Assembly: GCA_003971905.1 (NCBI GenBank)
Contig: RSEE01000032.1
Coordinates: forward strand, 669,509-689,508
Direction: 5' to 3'
DNA: 20,000 nucleotides
Source of the DNA: Moniliella sp. 'wahieum'
Taxonomy: Eukaryota
In this document: positions 1 through 9,750 of the stretch, one piece after another
How positions within the stretch are numbered: the first letter of the stretch is position 1
Layout of the letters: each line of letters starts with the position of its first letter
The notes under the pieces: generated by a model
Seen by the model: the letters and a program-made list of their open reading frames with translations, nothing else
Told to the model about the DNA's origin: nothing
The model's database searches: none
Translations under genes and position numbers: made by a program

Positions 1-3000
1 GGTCAGCATCGGGGGGACGACCCAGTTGCCACCCCGCCTGCCCATCCAGGAGAGGAGAAGCGCCAGTTTCCTGGGCTGACACCTGAGCAGATCGAAATCA
101 CTGCCTTCGAGGCGCGTGCCAAGTTTATGTGCCAAAATTTACGGCGTAGCCTGCAGGCTACCACGGCGTTCGTCGTCGACGCCTCCAAGCTGTGCTCCTC
201 ACAACATATTCTCCAGCCCTACCGCCGTCTTGGTCGGCCCGTCCATTATTCTCCTCAAACTTCATCCAATGCAACTCCGATCGACGAGTGGGATGCGATG
301 CGCGTGTCGGACGCCGAGTTACGCCATCTTCTTCCTACACTGTTGGCTTATGACGGACCCGACGACGGGCAGCCCAATGTTTCTACTATTGAGGCCGCCC
401 GGGAGTTGGAGCAACTCCTCCCCAACATGATGTCCGACGCGAGTGTACGCTTTTTTGACGCTAGGAAAAAGGACATCATCTCTGGATTCGGAGAGAGCGC
501 CGCCTGGCCGCCTTCATCTCCCGTCATTGGGGGAAGAACGGCTTCGCCCGCATCTCCAATTGGCACTTCTCCTCTGGGAGGCAATATAGAGATGCCAATC
601 CCTTCCCGTCTTTGTTGGCCAGCAACCCAACGCTGTCGCAGACCACAATGCTGGCGGCCTTGCCTGTCTGCTCGACGGACCGCACGAGAGTGCATTTTTT
701 CGTCCTGACGTTTAAAAACCTAGTCGCGTTTGACGACGTTGATCTCCTCCTCTTTCAAGGTACAAGCGATATTTATCAATCCAGCATTGTCCGCCAGGAA
801 GCACGAGCGGCGAGCGACGCCCAGTTACGCTTCATCCAATCGGTTCAGCATGAACTGCGCACGCCCCTTCATGGTGTTCTGGGTACCGCAGAGATTCTGA
901 AGGTGTTGGTCACCACTAAGACTTTGCCCAGCGAAGCAGAGCGGGCTGGCATGACAACTGACGAGCTCACTTTGCGCTTGATCAATACGTTGACCCTCTC
1001 GGCTTCCACACTCTCGACGCTTCTGGATGACGTACTGGACTTTGGAAAGGTTCCGGAATTCGCCAAGAGGATCAGCTTGAAACGGAGCAGACAGTTGAGG
1101 CAGTGCAGCCGACCGATATTGTTGCGCTCGTACAGAATCCGCCCTTGAAGAGTTTGAAAAAGCGCAGCTCGAGCGGCGAACCAAGGCTGTAACCGACAAG
1201 GAGTTTGTCTTTCCTCAGTTCATCATCTCGGCTAGCGACGAGGCACGGCGTTCTTCGTGGGAAGTGGCTGCCGGGACTCTGCGTAAGGTCGTACAGAAGA
1301 TCGTGAGCAACTCGCTTCGTTTTACCTGGGAGGGCACGGTGGAAGTTCACCTCTCTACACTCCCCTCCCCCGATGAGACCACTGTGGCCAACGGATCATC
1401 CTCTGGTGCGTTGGAGCCAAAACTACATGTGACTGGGCTAGCTCATCCAGAGTTGGGGCCGAGCCATACAGCACCCTCCGTCTCGCCACTCAAAGTACCT
1501 CCCGGCGCGACACCAACAGTGGAGTTGGTCATCGCTGACTCGGGGTTGGGCATGTCGGTGGACTTTTTACGTGATGGATTGCTGCGGCCGTTCGTCAAGC
1601 ATAGCACCTTTCGTCCCGGTGTTGGGCTAGGTATCCCCCTTGCTGTCGGGTTGATTGAGCAATTGAACGGACAAGTGTCCGTTCAGTCAGAGCTTGGACG
1701 CGGCACCAAGGTCGTCATCCGTCTCCCGCTCCGGCGGGCAGGCAATCTGGACGTGGAGGACATGTGGACGCCCGGCTTGCTGGGAACGCTTCCGACACGT
1801 AGGTCATCCCAGTCCGCTGGGGCCATGACATTTTCCTTTGCTTCCGATCTGGACCGCATCGGGGTGGCGATCAAGCAGTTTTTGCTGTCGGGGCCTTGCG
1901 TTGAGGTGGCCTTGTCCGAGGCGGATGTAGTGATCGTCTCTGCTGACGAGCACGATACACCTGCGACGGCGACAGCAGCCGCTACGATGAAGAAGACGGC
2001 GAGAGTGGCTCTTGTTTGCCGTGAAGCCAGCCGCCCTATAGACACGAGTATCTTTGTCGGCCATGCCCTCCACCTCATTCGGCCTCCATGGGCGTATGCC
2101 AGCCGGGCAGCTTTGCGAGACTTTGTGATGGACCCCAAGCCTTTTGCACTCCAGCCGGCCCCGCTCTTTCGCCGCTCCCTATCAAGCAAGTCGGCGACCG
2201 CAACAGCCACCGCCACTACCGCACAGAGTACGAAGTCGGTGCCGGTTCCGCCTCCGGCCCCGTTCCGTAGCCCACTGCTCCTTCCGCCTTTCCAAGAGAA
2301 CATGTCGCCAACGTACCCCAGCGCCCTGCTTCCACTACCTCCTCTCGGGTCTCATCGCTCGACCCATCTTTCACCCAGGTTGCATTGGCAGGAAAGTTTG
2401 CGTTGGCGCCACTTGCTCCCGTATCCCCCCCACTCTCAAGCCCCGGTCCACCTATTGCCATCTCCGGTTGAACAAAACGTACCGCCAGGCCATGTTCTCT
2501 CGTCGGCGTCGGCATCTGTCTCTGTCTCTGCCGCTGCCTCTGGCCCTACATCTGCCAATACCTCGGTTTCATTCGCTGTTACACCAGTCCCAGTCCAAGC
2601 CCCAGTCCTCGTTTCCCCACGCAAGGCTCAGCTCCCTGCCTTGCTCCAACCCACTCCATCGATCGCCGCTGAAGCGCAGCCTGCTGACTCTCCAACCGTG
2701 GCCCAACCGGTGGGGCTACCTGTCAACCCTTCGGTGCTCGCGCGCGCCGCCTCCCCTTCGGTGCTCGCGCGCGCCGCCTCCCCTTCGGTGCTCGCGCGCG
2801 CCGCCTCCCCTTCTTGGCTCCGCGGTGGGGTCGCGATGGGATTGATCCCCAGCACGTCGGCTTCTTCCGAAATGAGTGATGGGCCGGACGAATTTCGGGT
2901 GCTGGTCGTCGAAGACATCCGATCAACATGCGTTTGTTGGTCAACTGCGTCAAACGCGTGGGTTTGCCGTACGACGAGGCGCGAGACGGGGTGGAGGCTG

Positions 3001-3315
3001 TGGCCAAGTTCCAGCTGTTCAAGCCGCTGGTGGTCCTGCTCGACATGTCCCTCCCGCTCAAAGACGGCTTTGCTGCAGCGACAGAGATGCGTCGCCAGTC
3101 CCATCCGAGCGCTGTCAAGGCCAAAATTCTTGCCATCACCGCACTTTCTGATCCCGAGACCGGGCCGGGGTCTGCAAGAGTGCGGGATCACCGAGTGGCG
3201 GACAAAGCCCGTGTCGATTCGACGCTACAGAAACCTGGTGGCGTGGCACGCGGCGTGGAAATCAGAGCGTGATACGCTCTCTTGTGTTGCGCCCGCCTGC
3301 TCTGTTCACACCTAA
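1..3315 (+). CDS. Hybrid sensor histidine kinase/response regulator (GAF-like - HisKA - HATPase_c - long Pro/Ser linker - REC); 5' end outside window; frameshifted in this assembly
   Basis: Frame 1 is open from base 1. H-box QHELRTPLHGVLG (His codon 849-851) followed by LLDDVLDFGK; N-box KIVSNSLRFT; G1 IADSGLGMS; F-box RPF; G2 GVGLGIPLA and SELGRGT. Receiver: VLVVED..NMRLL..LLDMSLP (Asp codon 3042-3044) KDG..AITALS..RTKPVS. Stop TAA at 3313-3315. Frame switches near 600, 1050-1140, 2918 and 3165-3235. Confidence 0.92.
2727..2813 (+). repeat. Perfect 27-bp in-frame tandem repeat x3.2 (CCCTTCGGTGCTCGCGCGCGCCGCCTC) encoding PSVLARAAS
   Basis: Identical units at 2727-2753, 2754-2780 and 2781-2807, plus CCCTTC. 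Confidence 0.97.
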
Positions 3316-3417
3316 CGTGCGCGCCTGGGACGGTTTACGGTTTCTGGCACAGGCAGGAGTGTGAGCGTGGTCTTTTATTACTATCTCCCCAACATCCGGA
3401 TACCCTCTCTCCTGTGT

Positions 3418-3518
3418 CATCCCCATCCCCATCCCCATCCCCATCCCCATCCCATCCCCATCCCCATCCCCATCCCACCCCACCCCCATCCCCATCCCAT
3501 CCCCATCCCCTCCCCACC
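3418..3518. repeat. (CATCCC)n hexamer microsatellite, about 16 imperfect units
   Basis: Directly visible run cat ccc cat ccc..., about 100 bp downstream of the kinase stop. Confidence 0.95.
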
Positions 3519-3954
3519 AGGCATTAACATCTGCTTTCCTGGGTCTCTGCGTCTGGGCTTTTTTCACCTCTCTGTCGTTGTTTGCGATCGCTCTTTGGGT
3601 CTATTTGCTGTGAGTCGAATGGGTACTATCTATACATTGCTTGTACGTTATGTTGCCTGTTGGGGCATCTGGGTCCAAGGCTGTTTCCGATGCCGAGCTA
3701 GACCGGGTAGCCGCTAGACAACCAACGGCTGCCGCTGCTGCCCCCCCAAACAGCAGGATCAGCCGGTGGGACGCCGTCAGGCGGTCGATAGTGCTTTCTT
3801 GTGTTCACACACTTCCCCTCTCCTTCGCCTGGCTCGCCCCGAGCGATGGCGACAGGCGGAAGCATCATGCATCGGCACACGCACGTGACCGGTGAGTGCC
3901 GCCATCGCCCCCGGCCCAGCGGCAGCCGAGCCGGTCTGCTGCTGGGCGCTTCTG

Positions 3955-3997
3955 CACCGCCTCCGCCACCTCCACCACCTCCACCACCTCCACCGCC
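3955..3997 (+). repeat. (CCACCTCCA)-type C-rich repeat in the presumed PEX14 5' leader
   Basis: caccgcctccgccacctccaccacctccaccacctccaccgcc runs directly into the ATG. Confidence 0.75.
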
Positions 3998-5231
3998 ATG
4001 TCCGACGCTGCGCCCCCAATGCGCCAGCGCCCGAACAGGCGTCTGCGCCCCAGCCAGCGGAGGAGAACCCGACCATCGCACCCGCTCCGTCACCCACCAG
4101 TCTCCGGCCCGAAGTGGTCCAGTCCGCTCTCACCTTTCTCCGCCACCCGACGTAGCCACTGCCCCGCTGTCCCAACGCATTGCCTTCCTCGAGTCCAAGG
4201 GGCTGTCTTCCAGCGAGGTCGACGCAGCCATTGCCCGTGCGGGTACTGCCTCGGCGCCTGCGCCTGCGCCTGCGCCTGTCTTTGCCTCTGGGTCGGCCCC
4301 CCGTTGGGCCTGCTTCGGGTACGGGTACCCTGCCCCCTATGCTGGGTATGCTCCGCCGCCGCCCTCGCGCGCACAGAGCGACTGGCGCGACTGGTTCATC
4401 ATGTCGGTCGTTGGCGGTGGTGTGGGATACGGCCTGTACACACTGGGCAAGCGCTGGCTCTACCCGTACCTGCAACCGCCGTCGAACAGTGCGCTGGAGG
4501 CCGACTTGGCTGCGTTGACGGCGCGGTACGATGCGGTGGAGAAGCAGTTGGCCTCGTTGGACAGCGCCACGGCGGCGCGAAAGCGGGGATTGATGCACAG
4601 CAGGCGCTTGTCGTGGCGGCGACAAGGGACGTGCAGGATGTACTGAAGGAAGCCGATAAGCGGGAGGCGCAGCGCGACCAAGAACTCCGCCAACTGCAAC
4701 GCCAAGTCGACGACGTCAATGCCCAGTTGAACCGCATGTTTGATGCCCACAAGGAGGCACAAAGGCCGCTCTCGACGGGATCACCACCGAAGTCAAGAGC
4801 CTCAAGACCCTCTTTCTCTCCCGCACCGCTGCCCCTGCTTCCCCGGGCAGCGGCGCCGCCAGCCCCTCGTCTGTTCCCCCAGGCCAACGATGCCTCGCCC
4901 CTCGGTGCCGAGCTGGCAGCTGGCGATAAACCGACCATTCCGGCGTGGCAACAACTTCCCATCGACAAGGACGTTCCGAGCAAATCCACTGAACCCGAGC
5001 GGGCATCCAACGAAGCCAATGGGACGTCCCTGGGGTCGGGGTCCTGCTTTTGCTCCGGCTGCGGTGGCGGACGCTACGCCAGTATCGACATCGACATCGG
5101 CATCGTCGTCCGAGGTGCCTAAACCCACCATTCCAGCTTGGCAACTCGCCAGCTCGACGCCGTCGCAGCAAGCAAACCCTGTCCCTGCTTTCCCCGGTAC
5201 CGCCGATGGTCGTGACCCGGCGGAGGTGTGA
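3998..5231 (+). CDS. PEX14: Peroxisomal membrane docking protein Pex14 (frameshifted in assembly)
   Basis: ATG in CACCGCCATG context. Pex14_N domain LRPEVVQSALTFLRHP/DVATAPLSQRIAFLESKGLSSSEVDAAIARA; fungal motif DWRDWFIMSVVGGGVGYGLYTLGKRWLYPYLQPP; coiled coil (LEADLAALTARYD..ELRQLQRQVD..EVKSLKTL); two C-terminal KPTIPAWQ motifs; TGA at 5229-5231. Confidence 0.93.
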
Positions 5232-5479
5232 TTGCGGACAAGCGGGGGCTGGCGTTCCTGATGCCTAGAGTGCCGACAGACGTCTATCTCCCTCATGTGG
5301 CTGTCTCGCCTGGTTCTGGTGAAGCGTCCAGCCACGTGATCATTTCATTTCAAACGAAAGAGCGTGCAATCAGTTCACAGATAGCAGAGGAAAATGGGAG
5401 GAAAAGGAGATCCCGAAATGAGGATAGAGGGAAGAGGTAGGTGGTACAAAACGAAAAAAGTCCAGGGATGAGTACTTAG

Positions 5480-7022
5480 CTAAACCAGCATGGCTAACAC
5501 CCTGTCGCCACCAGGGCCAGAAGAGGGAACGGTGCCGTAGCTCCCTCCGCCGAGGAGGTGCGCTGGTATCACTTGACTGCTTTCCGGAGGAAGGACGGGC
5601 GGCTTGGGATGAGGCTGCTCCCGAGTTGATGCCCGAAGCGGAGTCTGAGCCTGAGGACGAAGAAGGAGGAGGAGCGGTATACTCGTCCAAACCCTGGACA
5701 AAGAGACGGTACTGACTCTGAGGATGAGAGCATCGGTAATCCATGTGCGAAAAGGGAAGAAGGTCGAGGGTAAAGTTTTTGGCTGGAATGGAGCATAGGA
5801 CTTCTCCACATTCTGTCCACGTTCGAGATGAGAATCACCCTCGCACTGCGCTTCCGGATTTGTATCCCCTGCTCCATGGTCATTGGTGCCAAGGGCATGA
5901 TGCATCGTTCGTCCAAAGTAACGGGAGAGTGTAGCATTTTTGTCAAACCCGTTCTTGGCGTAGGCGGTAGACCACCAGAAAGGCCATAAGGCCAAGTATC
6001 GTACCCCGTTGCAGGGCATTTTCCCTGTCCTGGTGAGACAGGACGGTCTTCAGAGGGCCACACGTACGACCCACAGTTTCCGTACCAGAAACGCAAATTG
6101 GCATCGTTCTTGTCGGGCTTGCGGAGAAGAGCATAGCGGTGGGTAAACGAGCAGCCAAGCGAGTGTCCAGCCAGGAGAACCGTGTTGACATTCGGGTAGG
6201 TCGAACGGTCAAAGAAGCTGTCCACAAGTTTATCAAACGCGCGAAAGGAGGACACCGAGACGTCGCCCGGCCCCCGGGTCAGGTCACCTTGGGCCCAACT
6301 GCTGCTTCCAAAGTAAAGATCGCCATCCTGAACGGCACCCTTGGCCTGCTCCAGGTTAGATTGCCATGCCGGTGAAGCGATCAGGATGGTTTCCATGTCA
6401 CCCCGAGGGTGGCATTGTTTGCAGCGCAGAGAAGGTTGTTGCGGACCAAGCTAGCATACTGTGTAATAGCATAATCCGCGAGCAAAGGTCTGAGTCAGTG
6501 CCCTGCCCTCTCTCTGTTCCGATATAAAAAGAGATAGAGAAAAAACGGAAGAAGAAGGAGCACGCACTTTCCAGCTGTCCCGTGGCTTGCCAGGCTGCAC
6601 CACGACTACACGCTTGATCTTGCTTAGGTCCTTGCCCGTCTCGACATAGTAGGGCAAGGTGCCTCCTTTTGTTTTGCCTCCAACCTGAACGCGTTTAATG
6701 TCAAAGCCCAAGAGGTTGGGCAGCTGTTCCCAACCATCGGTCTGGCTGCCTCCAACTTGGGGCGAGCCAATAAAGACCGTGTTCTGGCACCAATCCGTCT
6801 GGGCGTTGTCGCTGGCATCCTTGCCTTGCAGAATGGCTGTCTGGCCCGGTGCATCGCCGTCGCGTGCTCCGGGCACCGCATCCCCATGCTTGAAATGCGA
6901 AGCCAAGTAATCCGACGCCGCTTGCCCGCGACGCGCGAGGCGGAAGTGAGAGGAGGGCTTGGCGTCGACCAGCACGGCGTGCAGCAACAGCAGCAGCGCC
7001 GGGGAGAAGTGAGCAGGCGCAT
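5480..7022 (-). CDS. Secreted, probably GPI-anchored alpha/beta-hydrolase-fold protein; 2 exons (7022-6568, 6458-5480), frameshifted in assembly
   Basis: Signal peptide MRLLTS/PALLLLLHAVLVDA then RLARR (Kex2-like site). QPGKPRDSWK|YASLVRN spans the intron. Nucleophile elbow VLLAGHSLG (6168-6154), then GTND and FSHMD as candidate Asp and His. Ser-rich stalk and hydrophobic tail ..ATAPFPLLALVAT/GVLAMLV-TAG. Confidence 0.8.
6459..6567 (-). other. Spliceosomal intron (109 nt, phase 0)
   Basis: AAA|GTGCGT ... branch CACTGAC (6500-6494) ... ACACAG|TATGCT; removal joins WK to YASL in frame. Confidence 0.88.
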
Positions 7023-9136
7023 GGTATGAAACGAAGGTGATGGGCGCGGGGGGGAAGGGGGGATGTGGATGTGGATGTGGATGGTGGCGGAGGGGTGGTT
7101 GAAGGATGGATTCCTTGGGCGGGCCCGATGGAGGGGAGACTGGGGAGGAGCAACGGAGAGCAAGCCACCCAGTCAACGTCGATCGGATGAGGGCCATTAC
7201 CATTAGGCATTCTGCATTATACAGCCTCGTAGGCGGCCTGAACGCCTTAGGTCTTGGGCCTCCCAAGCGGCGCAGGTGCAGAGCCTCAGCGCGGATGGAT
7301 GATGGGCAATGGCGAATGATGGGTGATGGATTATAGATGGGCGATGCCAAGCACACGGGGTCGGTGGCGCGGAGGGGGCACGGGGGCAGTTTGTGCGGGC
7401 TGCCAAGCTTGTGGCAACTGGGCTGGCACGGGGCGCAGTAGACACGCAGCAGCGCCGAGCTCGTTCCGTGGTGCGCGCCAGCCGAAGGAGCTGCCGCCGC
7501 CGCCAGCCGGCGTTTCCAAGCGGCCACCAGAAACAACCCCGACGGCTGCTGTCCAAAAGCAGCGAAGATACAGGAAAGCCAAGCCCAGGCCCCTGACATG
7601 TGACTTGCCTCAGGTCAATATCTGACAGGTCAATCAGCTCGACACAGCCCCTTGAAGCTTGAACGTTAAACTCATGTGAATGGTGCACACAATAGAGTCC
7701 ACTGCTTTTGTAGCGATCGAGTGTCCGTGGCTAGTACACAAACTCTCACGCTGGACGGTTAAAAGACAACTAGGTGGGAAGGGATTAATGGGTGCTCGGA
7801 AGGGAGAGGATATAGATGCTCGAGAAATGGTGTTGGTCAACGCGACGAAGTGGCTCTTACCACAGCGGGGCCCACTTGAACCGAAGACTTCGCTACTATA
7901 GTGACAGTGGCACGCTGAGTTTAGTAGTATGCCTGTGAGGAAAGGTAACAGAGACCCTCTGAGTAGTTACTGCGGTGAGAAGTGGCAGCCACTCAGAGAT
8001 TATCATCTCCGCTGTGCCCTTTCAATTACGATTGTTCGCGCAACAAGAAAAAGGTCCATCCCACCAGCTTTTTATCCGATTGGCCTCATTACAGCTGTCG
8101 TAGAGGTTCTCTCGACACAAGCAGGACACCTAATATATCACACTCTGTAGCAACCACCAGTTGCCCTCGGGGTAGCTGCGCTGTTATGATACAACTTCAG
8201 CTACCCCTTTTGTCCGTACCACACGCACCCCCAAGCAACTGTCAGAATCCCGTTGTCTGTTGGGTATTGCCCTCAGAGGACAGTTTGTATTCATGTGCGG
8301 TCGTGGTAAACGCAGATAAAAGTAACGCGACTGCCACAATATAGTAGGCGCTCATCGTGACGGTGTCAATTCTGCATTAGATCTCAGAGTATTACACCCG
8401 CCTTCGCTTGAAACGGTACCGGATTACTTATCACGCACAAGGAAGTGGGGCCAGAACCCGGATTCTAGAGACGGAATGCGTTCTTCCGGTAGCTGCCGGG
8501 CGGGGACTGCCCCTATTATATATATCCAACCACAACCATCGAGAGAGTAAGCTGGCGATGACCGGGTGGACGCCTATACACGCGTTGCATCCGACGTCCA
8601 GGGCTGCACCTTGCTTCCGATTTCTCCCTTCCCCAAGCCACGATTCATCCCACAGCGTAAACGAAATATGACCCCAACGAAAGCAATGAAGAACCATGAC
8701 CATTTGTTATGTATAAACGCGATATGACGAGACATGATACAGTGGGGTAGCTGATGACCGAGAGGACATACTCTTATAGAGGTAATTCCTAACCATATTG
8801 CGTAGCAGTGCAGACAATACAGATGAAACGTCCACCCTCTCCTTTTAAGTACTGCACTATCAGTGGTTTTTGCTTGTTGGGCAGGAGTTACCTCACATGC
8901 ATGTACAGAGAAAATATTTGGCAAAACACGCCAACCTATAAGCCCCCTGTTATACCCTCGCTGTCGGGATCAGCGTTATAGTTGTTTTCCAACGCATTTT
9001 TTGTATGCCTGGTACACCTGCTCCCCAACTGAGGACATAACAGTAAGGCGAAGGCGAACGTACTGATCTTATTAGGTTTGCTTTCGTGGTCGATATATGC
9101 CTACCAGACCTGATTGAGGTGTGACTCAGCAACTAT

Positions 9137-9224
9137 TCCTCGATGGTCCAACGGCTATGATGTGACGCTCTCACGAACATTGTTCGGAACCGTCAAGACC
9201 CGGGTTCGACTCCCGGTCGGGGAA
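9137..9224 (+). tRNA. tRNA-Glu (anticodon CTC) with a 16-nt intron (9174-9189) at canonical position 37/38
   Basis: Acceptor stem TCCTCGA/TCGGGGA; D arm TGGTCCAACGGCTATGAT; anticodon stem TGACG/CGTCA with loop CT-CTC-A^C; T arm CCGGG-TTCGACT-CCCGG; discriminator A. Confidence 0.96.
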
Positions 9225-9228
9225 GTTA

Positions 9229-9234
9229 TTTTTT
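9229..9234 (+). terminator. RNA polymerase III oligo-T terminator
   Basis: T6 starting 5 nt after the tRNA 3' end. Confidence 0.85.
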
Positions 9235-9750
9235 GCATTCGCTTCCAGTCTTCAAACCCATTTTCGCCCAGCCTCCTGTAATACACTGAGCTTTGTACCC
9301 CAGCCAAGTGTTTGACCTGGGGCTTGCCGCTGGAGATCTGACCCTAGGCGTGACTCGATACCCACAAGGTGTGAAAACTTCATACCGTCTCGTCTCGCAT
9401 GGCTGTGTGTATGCACGGCGTGAGGCAGCGGAGTGTGTTGGCATCGTTGCCGATGCAGCGACTCTTCCTCCCACCGGTGGTGTGTCTGCCTCGCCAGACA
9501 CGCCGCGGGATGGGGGCACGCGTCTTGCGAATGGCCCCTGCGTGGGGACGGGAGGGAGGCGGGATGGTGCATGCGGCAGGCGATCTGAGATCGGCGGCAG
9601 CACGGGCAGGGTGAAGTTGAAACGTGAAAGTGAAAGCTGCAATCCGCGCACCCCGAAAATGAAATCGACACGAAGATTGCATGGCTGGACGCGCGCTGCT
9701 CGCACGCGCCGACAAACACGTCGCTACCACTTCCACCGTCTCGCGCCTCC

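Noticed and set aside
2727..2813. CRISPR-like array (27-bp repeats)
   Set aside because: No spacers; it is an in-frame coding tandem repeat in a eukaryotic gene.
1..3315. Bacterial two-component operon or prokaryotic origin
   Set aside because: Spliceosomal introns, PEX14, an intron-containing Pol III tRNA and a mitochondrial presequence show the DNA is eukaryotic; hybrid kinases are normal in fungi.
3262..3717. ORFs encoding (GM)n, (GD)n, (HP)n or (PS)n peptides
   Set aside because: They are by-products of the CATCCC microsatellite.
8900..8925. U6 snRNA-like TACAGAGAA box
   Set aside because: The flanking U6 sequence (AGATTAGCATGG, 5' stem-loop) is absent.
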